Positions 51,375 through 64,000 of a stretch of DNA of 64,000 nucleotides are shown one piece after another. The DNA comes from Vicugna vicugna (Eukaryota): assembly GCA_013265495.1 (NCBI GenBank), contig MU058289.1:1609451-1673450 (forward strand), in the 5' to 3' direction. The position numbers and the translations under genes are program-made. Every line of letters begins with the position of its first letter. Positions within the stretch are counted from its first letter, which is position 1. The notes beneath the pieces were generated by a model. That model had not been told where the DNA came from. It saw only the letters and a list, made by a program, of their open reading frames with translations, and made no database searches.

Positions 51375-52759
51375 TTTAACTATTTTTATTATTGATTCCT
51401 AACTTAATTACATTTGGTGAGATTAAGCCTAGTATGCTTTGGAGTGTTTAATATTTATCATGATTTGCCTTATATCTTTGAATGGTCAGTTTTTATAAAT
51501 GGTGCATGTGAATAAAAAGTGTGTATTATTTAGTTATTGATTCATTAGCTCAAGCGGTTGTTCAAATGTTCTTTCTAAACCTTTGTTAATTTTTGTCCCC
51601 TTGATGATAAATTACTGAGAGACACATGTTAAAATCTCTTACTATGATTGTGGATTCACCAGTTGCCCCTTGTAATTCTTTGATTTTTGCCTTGTATGTT
51701 GTAAGCCACATAATTAGGTGTGTACAAGCTTAAAACTGTACCTTTTGTTATTGTATGGTGACCCACTTTAATCTCATAAAGTGTTTTTTGCCTTCAAGGT
51801 TATTCAACTTTAGTTTATGCTTCTCATTCTGGTTTCCTCTTTGTCTCTGGTATGTAGGAATTTCCCTTTTTTTCTGTTGAATTCCGTGATACATTAAACT
51901 CCCCCCTCCCATTTTGTCTAGCTTGTTAGTGTGTTTGTGTGTGTGTGTGTTTGGTTGCAGTTGCTGCGTGAAGTCTCTTTACTCTCCAGTCCTGCTGTCC
52001 ATCAGGGTTTCTCCAGCCTATCTCTTCAGCATGCCCTTTAACCTTCTTTTCCCAGCACGAACTGCTCTGACTTCATGTCCCCATTCACATTCCCCAGCAT
52101 GGACCCTGACTGGTCTCGCTTATCCGTTTGCTCCAGATCCACTGGCCTACTTACAAGTTAGCTGACCCTGGGATTCATGCTCATCCCAATCCAGTGGGGT
52201 CTGTGTGCTGGACAGTTTTGCACACAGAGGGTGGTGGAACAGCACACTGGCCAATTTGGCCCCTCTGTCTGTGGGCTGTTAGTGAACTGGTCCTTGTTTG
52301 GTTGTCAGCTTCAGCTTCTGTAGCAAGGAGCGTCCTGGCCAGAATCTGCTGCCCCAATGCAGTGCAGCACAGTGCCTCACTGAATTGCTCAGCCCTGTCT
52401 GGAAGCCAGGGATGTTTGCTAGGCTCTGAGGAAGGCTTGAGATTCCTGTCTAGGGAGTACTGATCCATACCCTCACCTCTCAAAACAGCTCAGTGTTCAT
52501 CAGCAGACCTTCTCCCCCATCACTCCAGTCATCTGCCCCAAAGTCCCTTTTATCCTAGATAAAAAGTCATGTTGGAAAATGGTCCTAAAACTGGCTTCTG
52601 GGTAAAGTCTTATAAAGCAGAGCATGGAAAGCAGGCTCTTATGATTTTTTTTTAATGTAAGAGACATCCAACCTGTCTGGGACCAGTGATGTCTTTAGTC
52701 TTGTTTCATAGCCATTTCTGATCTTGAGGACCTGTCCAAGTGTAGGGAGGCTTCGCCAC

Positions 52760-53070
52760 TGAAGCAGCAGGATCTGGTACTGGCTTCAGCACTAGGAACC
52801 TCTGGGAGCAAGTCATGGATGTTCACCTCCTTGACCTGTTCATCAGCATCCTTGCTGAGTGAGACGGGAGAGTCACTAATCTCGAAGGCCACAGCGATGG
52901 ATTATCAGAGCTGGAAGGAATCTCAGGAATCTCCTCCAACCCTCTCACTTCCCATGACATAACTGTGCTCCAGAGAGGGGAAGGGGCCAGCCCAAAGTCT
53001 CCCACAGCTGGGGGCCGAGGTGGGACAAGGGCCCTGGTACCTTGACCTTCCCAGTCCAGGGCCTTCTTCC
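52760..53070. mobile_element. MIR-derived fragments
   Basis: The minus strand of 52760-52850 resembles the MIR core (aggtgaac..catgacttgctcccagaggt). cagagctggaaggaatctcagg at ~52905 is a MIR end. Confidence 0.5.
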
Positions 53071-54067
53071 TTGTGTCACACTCTCCTCAAAGGCAGAGCA
53101 CTGAATCATGCTTGAAGTTTAAATAGGGTTTTGACAGAGTTGATTTAGAATCTGCAATGACAGGAGTGTCTAGTAATTAAAGCGTAGGAGGAGCTGTGGT
53201 CCCTTGATGTGTAATTGTAGATGGGAATAAATGACCTGAGCCGGGGGAGTGGGTGGGGCATGGGATCTGGGCACAGGACCTTTGAGCTGTGCGGGAAATT
53301 CTAAATGCTGCTTTACGCCTTGTGTAGTGTCACCCTGCTCAGAGTAGGCACCGTGTTACCCCCACCTTGTTTTCAGGGTTTCCATCTTCCCTTCTTTCTT
53401 CAATCCATGCCCACCTTCCTCTCATCTGCCACTGCTTTCTTATGTACCATTAACCCCTCGTTTCTGCGATCTTTGTTTCTCTCCCTACTAACCTCTGACA
53501 TAAAGTATTAATTTTTGGCATTTTTTTCCCTTTCTTTGAAGTGCTCCTTCTGGCTACAAAAACTTCCAATTAAGTTTTTTAAATAAAAGATAGAAGTTAA
53601 AAGCAGCTGCTGCCTGGGGTTAGCAGGATGGAAACTTGTAGTTGCTTGAAGCTGTACTTCAAAAAGAGAAAACTCAATTTTAAAAGGGTAGAATTTTATT
53701 CATATAATGCATTGTGTTCAAAAAACGACTCTGTGGATACTGTAGGCTGGAGAGGAGTCAGACGGCAGGTCACTTGTTCTGTTGCATTTATTTACAGAAT
53801 ATTCTTTTTCTCCGTAATGTTTTCCTTCTAAACAAAAGGGAAAATTTTTGAGCAGCTGGATCCTTGTTTATTCTGTTCTCAGCAACATTAATTAATGTAC
53901 TATTGAGATTCTCATCTTCATTAACTAAAGAACTTTTACCAAGTTCTTGCATAGATTTACTTTTATGTGCTATTGCACACATACAATAGAATATTTGAAT
54001 GTATCTCAGAGTTCCTCTGGAGCAATTTCTCTTATGCCTAAATTCCACTTAAAATTGACTGCCCAGG

Positions 54068-54192
54068 AGGGAAGGGTATAGCTTAGTGGTAGAGTACATG
54101 CCTACCATGCATGAGGTCCTGGGTTCAATCCCCAGTACCTGCATTTAAATAAATAAACCTAATTATCCCCCCAACCAAAAAAAAAAAAAAAA
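54068..54192 (+). mobile_element. tRNA-Ala-derived SINE (Vic-1-like)
   Basis: gggaagggtatagcttagtggtagagtacatgcctaccatgcatgaggtcctgggttcaatccccagtacc plus A-tail. Imperfect TSD gactgcccag / gactacctag. Confidence 0.92.
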
Positions 54193-54669
54193 GACTACCT
54201 AGAAAATGTGGGTGTATTCTGAGAAGGATCAGGGAGGTGAGGAGTCAGTGGCTGAGGGTTGCTCACTTTTACGCAGGCAGCCTCCTTTATGTGCAGGTGT
54301 CCAGGATGCTTTGAATGCTCTTAGTTGCCAGGAGGAAACATTCACCCAAGCTTCCCCTTCCCTCTGGCTCAGGGCTATTCTAGCCAGGAAGTTCTAGCTA
54401 TGCATTTAATTCAGCATTCGAAGGCCCCAGCAAATCAAAGTGCAGCTTCCTAGAAAAACTGGAGCTGACCGGCAGCATGGACAAGAGAGAAATCTGAAAA
54501 ATCATTTTCCACCGCATTTTCATCCTAAATCCAAGGGAAGTTAAGGAGGTGACAAATAAACAATCATCACCTAATGCAGTGTTTTTCAAACTACAGGCTG
54601 TTACTTGTTGGTGTATTGTGAAATCAACTTAAAGTCTTATGAATTGCATTAAAAAAAAAAGGAGTGAAT

Positions 54670-54770
54670 GGGGAAAGTTATAGCTCAGTGGTAGAGTGTG
54701 TGCTTAGCATGCTCGAGGTCCTGGGTTTAATCCCCAGTATCTCCATTAAAAAAAAAGAAAAGAAAATTTA
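54670..54770 (+). mobile_element. tRNA-Ala-derived SINE (Vic-1-like)
   Basis: ggggaaagttatagctcagtggtagagtgtgtgcttagcatgctcgaggtcctgggtttaatccccagtatctcca. TSD aaaaaaaaaggagtgaat. Confidence 0.92.
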
Positions 54771-55243
54771 AAAAAAAAGGAGTGAATAGGAAATAGAAAT
54801 ATGTGGCCAGGTGATGGCTAAGTATTGCTTCAGTGAATCTTTATATATGTGTCTCTGTACACACACACACAGAGGAACATATAACAAAGTGTATTTCCTA
54901 CCTGGAGACTGATGTGAAGGAAGGTCCCAGAAGCAGACTGGCTTAAAGGGTGCGGAGCTCCTCCTGTGTGCCAAGCCCACTGTCTGTGCAGGATTCCACG
55001 TTTACCACGGAAGCCCCACTCTTTACCTGTGGTCTGCAAGTCCTACTGACATTGTGCTTTTTGAGGGATACTGTCATCTTTTCCTAATTTCCTTACCTGT
55101 GTGCTGAACATTACCATTCTTTTCTAGATCACCCTCTGGAGTTCCAAGCCCATCCATCTTTCTCCATGTCCATATCCATCCTCTCTAGTCGAGCTTTGTC
55201 ATCTGTCATCTGGGAGATTGCCTCTTGGGAGGATTTTGGGAGC

Positions 55244-55713
55244 TGATCAAGGGAAATAATATAGCAAAGTGACAGTAGCACACACAAGCTTTATTGGGCG
55301 ATGCTGTGACAGTTCCCAGCTGAGAAAGTCCCTCTCAGCAGGAGTCTGTCCAGAGGCCAGAGCCTGGGGGCTGCTGATCAGAAGGGGAGGAGGGCAGGGA
55401 ACTTCTGGTGGGGAGAGGGGCCTTATGTCTGGGTGCTGTCCCTCAGCAGCACAGCGAGGAGTCTCTAGGTCAGGTGCTCTGAAGGACAGTAGTGGCTTGA
55501 AGTCTTGTAACCACATCTTTGCCTAATCAATGAACTTCAGGTGCAGAGTGTAGTTTAGTGGACTGTGCAAGGTAGAGAGGACCTAACTGGCTAAAAATCT
55601 GTTTGTTTGGGCTATTTTTAAATAACTCATATGTAAAAATTTGAGCTTGGTGCCAGCGAGCTCTTGAGCTAAGAGTCTCAGCCTGCAGTGAAGAAATAAC
55701 CTAGGGGCCAACA
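55244..55713 (-). mobile_element. Old solo LTR (ERVL-type, family uncertain)
   Basis: TG...CA termini (tgatcaaggg ... ggccaaca). Minus-strand AATAAA at ~55290-55295. Confidence 0.5.
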
Positions 55714-56204
55714 GACAGAGACCATCTTGGGCTCATTCGTGTTAACACCCCCTCAGTCCATTCTCCACATGGAAACCAGAGCCGTCTTCTAAAAATGCAA
55801 ATCAGGCCTTGTCACTCCACTGCTTTCTTATTGTTTCCATTTGCCTGTTAACCTTTGCTTATCCCTTTATTTTTCAGCCTTTCTCAGTCATTTCTGTTCA
55901 TGTGTGTCTCTTCTATACAGCATGTAGGTGAGTTTTGCTTTGTGAGCCAAATTGGAAATATTCTTCTTTTAATAAATTAGATAATCTCCTCAATGGGCTT
56001 AATCCCATTCACATTAATTAGTGGTCTCAACTCTGTCATATTATTTTATAATTAGTATTATATTCGCTGTATTTCCTTCTCTACTTGCTGTTTTTTTTGC
56101 ATTTGTTTGGATATTTAGAAAGGTTGATATTTTGGGTGTAGGCATTACCTCTGTGCTTAATCTTATTTAACCTTGTAATATCAGGTTTGTTAGTTTTTTT
56201 TTAA

Positions 56205-57375
56205 GGATTTATTGACATGCAGTTTACATATCACATGATTCCCTCATTTAAATTAAGTAATTAAGTGGTTTTTAGTATATTCACAGATATGTGCAACCAT
56301 CATCACAGTCTATATTAAAACATTTTCATCATCTTAAAGGAATCCTGTATCCTTTAGCTTTCACTCCCACCCCTCCAGCCTCATTTCACAGCCCCAGCCC
56401 TGGGCAACTCCTAATTCACTTTCTGTCTCTATTGATTTTTCTGCTCTGAATGTTTCATCTGAATGGAATCATATAATACGTAGTCCTTTGTGACTGGCTT
56501 CTTTCATTCAGCATAGTATTTCAAGGTTTATCCATGTTCTGGCATATGACAGTACTTCATTCCTTTTAATGGTCAAATAATATTCCATTATGTGGATACA
56601 CTTCATTTTGTTTATTCATTTGTAAGTTGATGGAAATGTGGGTTGTTTCTACCTTTTGGCTCTTACGAATAATGCTGTTATAAGCATTTGTGGATAAGTT
56701 GTGATATATATTTTCATTACTCTTGAGTATATGCCTAGGAATTGCTAGGTCATGTGGTAGGTGGGTGGTCTATATTAAACATTTTGAGAAACTACCACTG
56801 TTTTCCAAGGTGACTGAACCATTTTACATTCTCACCAGCAGTGTACAAAGGTTCTGATTTCCCTATATCTTCACAAATGTTTGTTATTATTGTATATCTT
56901 TTTGATTATAGCTACCCTAGTGGGTGTTAAATGGTATCTCATTGTGGTTCAAAAAATTTTTTTTAATTGAAGTATAGTCAGTTACAATGTGTCAATTTCT
57001 GATGTACAGCACAATGTCCCAGTCATGTATACACATACATATAGTTGTTTTCATATTCTTTTTCATTGAATGTTATTACAAGATATTGAATATAGTTCTC
57101 TGTGCTACACAGAAGAAATTTTTTTCCATTGTTCTTTTGATTTGCATTTTCCTGATCACTAATGATGTTGAGCATCTTTTCATGTGCTTGTTGGTCATTT
57201 ATATATCTTTTTTGAATAAATGACAATTCAAATTTTTGCTCATTTATAAATTTGGTTGTCTTCTTATTGAGTTGTAAGAGTTTTTTTAAAATATATTCTG
57301 GATACAAGTCCCTTATCATATTTGCAGATTATTTTTTCCTATTTCATGGATTGTCTTTTCACTTTCCTGATAGTA
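56205..57375 (-). mobile_element. Older L1 3' end with a nested young L1 tail (~56960-57125)
   Basis: gtgcaaccatcatcacagtc...; ccattttacattctcaccagcagtgta. Nested ttaattgaagtatagtcagttacaat. Confidence 0.8.
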
Positions 57376-57377
57376 TT

Positions 57378-58836
57378 CTTTTTTTTTTTTATTGAGGTAT
57401 AGTCCATTTATAATATTGTGTCAATTTCTGGTGTACAGCACAATTCTTCAATCATACATGAATATACATACATTCATTTTCGTATTCTTTTTCACCATAA
57501 GCTACTACCAGATATTGAATATATTTCCCTGTGCTATACAGTATAAACTTGTTTATCTATTTTATATATACCAGTCAGTATCTGGAAATCTCTAACTCCA
57601 AGTCTATCCCTTCTGACCCCCAACCCCACTGGCAACCCCAAGTCTGTATTCTATGTCTGTGATTTTGTTTCTGTTTTATATATAGGTTCACTTGTCTTTT
57701 TTTTTTTTAAGATTCCACATATGAGTGATATCATATGGTATTTTTCTTTCTCTTTCTGGCTTACTTCACTTAGAATGAAATTCTCCAGGACCATCCCTGT
57801 TACTGCAAATGGCATTATTTTATCATTTTTTATAGCTGAGGAGTATTCCATTGTATAAATATACCACAACTTCTTTATCCAGTCATCTGTCGATGGACAT
57901 TTAGGCTGTTTCCATGTCTTGGCTATTGTAAATAGTGCTGCTATGAACACTGGGGTGCAGGTGTCTTTTTGAATTAATATTGCCTCTGGATATATGCCCA
58001 GGAATGGGATTGCTGGGTCATATGGTAAGTCTATTCCTAGTCTTTTGAAGAATCTCCATACTGTTTTCTGCAATGGCTGCACCAAGCTGCATTCCCGCCT
58101 CTCCACAGCCTCTCCAGCATTTATCATTTGTGGACTTTTGAAGGATGGCCATTCTGACTGGTGTGAGGTGATACCTCATTGTAGTTTTGATATGCATTTT
58201 TCTGATAATTAGTGATATTGAGCATTTTTTCATGTGCTTATTGGCCTTTCGTATGTCTTCATTGGAGAATTGCTTGTTTAGGTCATCTTCCCATTTTTGG
58301 ATTGGGTTGTTTGTTTTTTTCTTGTTAAGTCATATGAGCTGTTTATATATTCTGGAAATCAAGCCCTTGGCAGTCTCATCTTTTGCAAATATTTTCTCCC
58401 ATTCCATAGTTTGTTTTGCTTTGCTTATGGTTTCCTTTGCTGTACAAAAGCTTGTAAGTTTAATTAGGTCCCATTTGTTTATTTTTCACTTTTATTTCTG
58501 TTACTTGGGTACTGCCCTAGGAGAACATTGCTGAGATGTATGTGAGACAATGTTTTGCCTATGTTTTCGTCTAGGAGATTTATTGTGTCTTGTCTTATGT
58601 TTACATCTTTAAGCCATTTTGAGTTTATTTATGTGTAAAGTGTAAGGAAGTGTTCTAGCTTCATTGATTTACATGCTGCTGTCCAGTTTTCCCAACACCA
58701 TTTGCTGAAGAGACTGTCTTTATTCCATTGTATGTTCTTGCCTCCTTTGTCAAAGATTAATTGACCAAAAGTTTGTGTGTTTATTTCTGGGCTCTCTATT
58801 CTGTTCCATTGATCCATATGTCTGTATTTGTATCAA
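57378..58836 (-). mobile_element. Young L1, ~1.45 kb 3' portion (ORF2 C-terminus plus 3'UTR), frameshifted
   Basis: Peptides [12 protein letters not shown]...[41 protein letters not shown] and [14 protein letters not shown]...KTWKQPKCPSTDDWIKKLWYIYTMEY. T-tail at 57378-57390. Confidence 0.95.
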
Positions 58837-59759
58837 TTATTTTATTTTTTATGTATAACTAGTTACTTTATATGCTCTCTGTGTCTTTATGTCCATCTGC
58901 CATATTCTGGGTAAATGTTTTTGATGTGTTTTCCAGTTTGTTTATTTTTCCTTCAGCTTTGTCTAATCTATTTAATCTGATTATCAACTTTAAATTTTTA
59001 ATAACTATATTATCATATCTAGAAATTTCATTAAAAATCTACCTCATTTTGTAAAAAAATGGATTTCTCTTAAAAATCTCCTTAAATATTTAAAAACATG
59101 TTTATTTTATAGAGTCTACCTATTCTCCCTTGTAGTAACTTGTTTTCTTGTATAGTATGTAATTTTTTACTGTGAGCTTATCTTCAGTGGGAGTTGTGTT
59201 TTGAAAATCTCAGTGGTTTCATGTGTTTTGGACCTAGAAGTATTTCTGCTGAGTTATATCATATTTGCTTTCACAGAGTTTTTGAGTTCCAGTGATCCTA
59301 AAGCAGTTTGTATGCTAATTAATCATCTTAGGCTTCCCACATCATGCTGGAAGTGTAGCTTTGGACCCTGCATGTGTCTGTGGCACAGACGTAAAAATTA
59401 TATTTCCTCAATTATTTTTTTCTCTTCATCACTCTTGGTTCAGGGTGGATTGCATGCTTCCATGATTCTCTTGGCTGAGAATGGATTGGGATCTTTTTCA
59501 GTCTACTTATCATGGAATGGGGATCTTTTGGAGGCCTTGGGTTTCATGCAGGGGAGCAAATTCCAGCCCTCTGTCTCAGGTGGCTCCTAAGGCCACATCG
59601 CCTATTCCCATGTGCCCTTAAAGCCTTTCTTGTATCTGAAAGTTACTTTTTCCAAGGCTATCTTTGAAATTCCTCTATTTTTGGTGCTTGGACATTTCGC
59701 TATTTATTTTGAGCTTTATTTCATGTAAAAACATTTAGATGTTTATTTTTTAAATGTTT

Positions 59760-60060
59760 TGTTCATTTACTTAACATAAATTTATTGGCACTTTCTTTGC
59801 ATCCAGGTGCTATTCTGTCTACTGGGGATATGTAGTTGTGAGAAGAGTGACGTGATCATAGTCACACTTTAAAAAAAAGAATTAATTTTGGCTGCTTGTA
59901 GAAAATAGACCAGGAAAGCAGAAGTAAAAGCAAGAAGAAGAGTTTGGTCTATTATAATAAGCCAGGCAAGAGGTGATAATGGCTTGACCACGGTGGTAGT
60001 GAGGAGGAGAGAAGTGGTCAGATTCAGATTATAGTTTGAAGGTAGAGCCAACATGATTTG
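59760..60060 (-). mobile_element. L2 fragment
   Basis: ttcatttac...tttattggcac; ccaggcaagaggtgataatggcttgacc...gagaagtggtcagattcag. Confidence 0.65.
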
Positions 60061-60069
60061 TTTTGCTTT

Positions 60070-62040
60070 CAGTGTTTAATCTAGAGTTTACAATATATCT
60101 TTGATTTATCGCAGTTAACTTTAAAATACTGTACCACTTCACATATAAGGTAACAATCTTAAACCAATATGCTTATTTCCCCCTCTCATTTTTAGACTTT
60201 TTATTATTATGCATTTTACTTCTACACATTTTATAACTCCAAAATGTATTATTATTACTTTTATCTTTAAAGATCAGTTCAGTTTTAAAAATGGAAAAAA
60301 AAGTAAAAGTCTTTCATGTTACTCAAATATTTACAATTTCTGATTATCTCCACTCTGTCTTACCGATTTTAATTTCCATCTGGAATCATTTTCCTTCAGC
60401 CTGAAGAACCTCCTTTACTATTTTCCATGTTGTTGGTCTCTGGCAATCAATTATCTTGGCTTTTTTTGTGACTGAGAAAATATTTGTTTTTTCTTCTTTT
60501 TTGAATGATTCTTTTAGAGGGGTAATTTTTAATATTTTCTTTTTCTTCTTCTTTTTTTTTTAAAGCATTTAAAAGATGTTATTCCACTGTCTCCTGGCTT
60601 AGCATTGTTTCTGCAGACAAGTAGCTAAAAATTCTTATTTTTGTTTATCTGTCCCTAATGATTCTTTTTCTTTGGGAGACTCTTAATATTGTCTTACTGG
60701 CTTTCAGCAATTTGATCATGTTGATTCTTTGCATTGTTTCCATTGAGTTTTTTGTACTAAGGATTTGTTGAGTTTCGTGTATCTTTGGGTTTATAATTTC
60801 AGAAAATTTGGAAAAATTTTCACTGTTACTTCTTTTTTCTTTGGTCTACATTCCACCATTCAATTACACATATGTCAGAACACGTCATAACATCTCATAA
60901 GGTGACAAATGCTCTGTGAACTTTTTTTTGGCTTTCTTTATTTCTCTGAGCTTCAGTTTGGATAGTTTTACGGCTTTGTCTTTAAGTTCACTGATCCTTT
61001 CTCCTGCTGTATCTAGTCTGCTCTGGAGCCCACTCGGTAACCTTCCCCTTTCAGGTTTTGTACTTTTCATCTATAGATGTTCCATTTGGTTCTTTTACAT
61101 TTTTTATCTTCATTGTTTTGAGGGTTTCCTTGAATCTTTGAGCATATTTGTAATGTCTTTTAAAAAAACCTTTGCTTATTTCATCCTCTTTATAATATGC
61201 AGGTCTGTTTCTACTGACTGATTTTTCTTCTGCTTCTAGGTGATATTTTCCTGCTTCATTGCATGTCTAGTAATTGTGTATCTAATGCTAGATGATGTGA
61301 ATATTGCCCTGTTTAGTATTTGGATTTTGTTGTATTTCTTTTAACTTTGTGTTTTGTTTTGGAAGATGAATGATTAATTTGATCTTGTTGAATCTTAACT
61401 TTAAAAGTTGTTAGGGTAAGTCTAGAAGTGCCTTTTAGCCCACTTACTTCATAACTGTGGCCTTTCTGGCATTTCTGATCTATGTCCAGAATTTTCAACA
61501 AGGTTACTTCCCTCTAGTTGGTTGGTGTTTCAAAGACCAAGCATTCAAACACTGTGAGTTCCAGTAGTTTTCCAGTTTATATCTCTCTAGTAGCTGTTTT
61601 TTTCCCCCAAGAACCCTTTTTTTTGCCCTGCTTTTGGTATCTCACACTAGGTATGGATGACTTGCAATTCAGCCAAAAATTCAAGGTGATCCCTATGCAG
61701 ATGTCTGGAGCTCTTTCTCTGTGTAACTCCTCCACTCTGATACTCTGTCCCATAAATTCCAGCTATCTCATGTGTTCAAAACTGATGTCTTTCTTTTCAG
61801 CTCAGTGAGGTTGCTGTAAGCTTTTAGGACCAGGGTCTTGGTAAATGTCTCTAGGCAGAACATCAGGGCATTGTGTAAGGTTCACATTGTCACCCTTCTC
61901 TCTGGGGTCACAGACTTGTGCTACCTGTTGTTCAATGTCTGAAAACAGTTGATTTATACATTTTGTCCAATTGTGTAGTTATTTATAATGGGAGGGCAAG
62001 TCCAATTCTAGTTACTCTATTATATCTGTGTGTGGAACTC
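60070..62040 (-). mobile_element. Old L1 5' half (ORF1 region)
   Basis: ORF1-like peptide GLQSRLDTAGERISELKDKAVKLSKLK (60885-61070). Confidence 0.75.
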
Positions 62041-62377
62041 CCATATTGCTTTTTTTCTATTAAAAAAAGCACATGTCCAAAGAACTTGGTGGTTTAAATA
62101 AACTTACAGGAAATTTTTATTATTACATTAGATTTTTTAGAAAGTTTTCTTTATGCATGAAGTAATATTAAAATTAGTATAATATTTAAATATTCTAGAG
62201 CCCATCTTTTATAGAAATTATCCCCTTTTGTATATGCCTGTTTGTTTATATGTGTACATGTATGCCTGTATGTTATATGTATGCAAATATATTTAAATTT
62301 ATATGTTTGAAATAGACACATACACACACAGAGCCTATTGGTGGGAGTGAGAAACTCTTAGGAACTTTAAATGCCAC

Positions 62378-62829
62378 TGCACTGGGTTGAATTGTGTCCT
62401 GTCAAAAGATATGTTTAAGTCCTAACCCGTCTTACCTGTGAATATGACCTTATTTGAAAATAGGTCATAGATATAATTAAATTAACATGAAGTCATACTG
62501 AATTAAAGTGGGCCCTGACCAGTAGCTAGCGTCCTTCTAAGCGGGAAATCTGCACTCAGAGAGACAGACAGAGGGAAGAAAGTGTAGATGTAAGTGGAGA
62601 CTGGAGTTGTGCTGCCCCAGCCAAGGACCACCAAGGATTGCCAGCAACCACTAGAAGCTAGAAGAGACAAACAAGGACTCTTCTTGAGAGACCTTGGCAG
62701 GAGTGTGGCCCTGCTAACACCTTGAATTTGAACTTCTAGCCCCTGGAACTATGAGAGAATAACACTTTTGTTGGTTTAGGCTTACCAGTTTGTGGTACTT
62801 TGTTACAGCAGCCGTCGGAAATTAATTTA
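62378..62829 (+). mobile_element. MaLR MLT1 (B/C-like) LTR
   Basis: gggttgaattgtgtcc..caaaagatatgtt...gtgaccttatttg...ccagcaaccactagaagctagaagag...tttgttacagcagcc. Confidence 0.85.
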
Positions 62830-63084
62830 GCCACCTTACCAAAGTTGTTGCCAGCTGTGCCAAAAACATTCAGGTGGAGAAAGCCACTAGGAATTTAGGG
62901 GACAGGCAAAGACAAGTGATATATGTTTGGTAACTGCATGAATTCCCCCCTATTTTTCTACTGGATTGTGTTTCTTATTTATGTGTAGGAACTCTATGAT
63001 TTCTGGATATTAATCTTCTGTTTATGGAAGCATAGTCAATTACTTCATTTTGTATTGTGTCTAAACGTGGGTAACCTAGTGATC

Positions 63085-63350
63085 AGAATAGCAGAAATTA
63101 CGAATATGGTTTCTGGAGTCAGAATCCCCGTGTTGTATTGGCACTTCTCATTTTTTTAGCTGTATTTTTTAGCTTGGAAAAATTATTAACGTCTGTAAGT
63201 GCCATTTTCCTTCTCTGTAAAATAGGGATATACCTATCTTATGGAGTTTGGGATGATTAAATGGAATAACTCTGGTAAAATACTTGTTAGTGTCTGATAC
63301 ATATTCAATATTTGATAACATATTTGCTATAATTAATATTGTTATAATTT
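63085..63350 (+). mobile_element. MIR SINE
   Basis: ttctggagtcaga...ttttccttctctgtaaaatagggata...gattaaatgga. Confidence 0.65.
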
Positions 63351-63844
63351 CTCTCACAAACTTTATGTCAAAAATTCCTTTGGTCAGTATTTTTTTAAAA
63401 TATTTTTCATTAAGTGTTTTGTTTAACATTTATTAAGAAGTTCTAACTAAAAAATGAGTAGAATACAGGAACAATTTGAGAAATAGCTCCTTCAAAAATG
63501 GTGAAATTTAGGAAATTTTTTCCTCTAATAAGTATTACAATAGCTACAAATTCTGTCTCAGATCTGACAAATTAAAAATAATAGCTATTTGAGCTTGTTG
63601 TATATGTATTTGTATATGTATATATAGTCACACCAAGATGTAAACTTTATTTATGTGAGAAAACTTAAACATTATTTCCCTGTCTTTAAAATAACCTCTT
63701 TCAGATTTTGTTTTTAGCTCAATGGTGATACAAGGTTACTTATATTTACTCCTTTGAATTTTTCTGTTGAATTTGCACATGTAATTCCTGTATGTGTAAC
63801 CATCAGAAACTCCTTCCTAAACTGTATTTTTTTGTATATATATA

Positions 63845-64000
63845 TTTATTGAAGTATAGTCAGTTTACAATGTTGTGTCAGTTTCTAGTGTACAGCATAA
63901 TGCTTCAGTCATACATGAACATACATATATTTGTTTTCATATTGTTTTTCACCATAGATTACTACAAGAAATTCAATATAGCTCCCTGTGCTATACAGTA
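63845..64000 (-). mobile_element. Young L1 3' end, running off the window
   Basis: tttattgaagtatagtcagtttacaatgttgtgtc...ccctgtgctatacagta. Confidence 0.9.

Larger units (their letters stand above)
47640..52450 (-). mobile_element. Long block of old antisense L1 fragments, including an ERV LTR fragment at ~49500-49710
   Basis: ggattttagaatcagcttatcaagttcc...attgcattgaatttata (ORF2). aaacctgccacctaccaatctggag...tccaaca (LTR end). Boundaries approximate. Confidence 0.65.

Noticed and set aside
52695..52892. Protein-like 65-aa ORF (..SLSKDADEQVKEVNIHDLLPEV..)
   Set aside because: It overlaps MIR-like sequence, has a non-ATG start, and I recognise no homolog.
4001..54770. tRNA-Ala genes
   Set aside because: Each copy has stem-breaking substitutions, an AT-rich tail and a TSD, so these are SINEs.
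1..64000. Repeat orientation switch at the promoter as evidence for divergent genes
   Set aside because: Young L1s are mostly minus-strand on both sides and LTR orientations on the right are mixed. Too few elements to conclude.

Overview
AT-rich, repeat-dense mammalian DNA, very probably camelid (Camelus, Vicugna or Lama). The taxon call rests on seven tRNA-Ala(AGC)-derived SINEs of the Vic-1 type. I found no intact protein-coding gene that I can recognise; nearly all ORFs in the track are repeat-derived or chance. Main content: (1) a decayed BBIP1 processed pseudogene (- strand, ~274-1181) with poly(A), target-site duplication (TSD) and a long CpG-rich 5' leader carrying an RFX X-box; (2) a CpG-island promoter at ~21.1-21.9 kb with NRF1/Sp1/KLF motifs and outward-facing splice donors, host gene unidentified; (3) two independent solo LTRs of one ERV1-type family in opposite orientation on either side of that promoter; (4) an ancient tRNA-Leu-primed LTR element (~14.6-16.7 kb) whose two diverged LTRs both keep an RFX box; (5) an orphan poly(A)-tailed insert of ~220 bp at 36.7-36.9 kb; (6) many nested L1, MaLR, MER, Tigger, MIR and L2 fossils. 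Repeat family names come from recalled consensus sequences, not from a database run. I see no convincing new biological system here.
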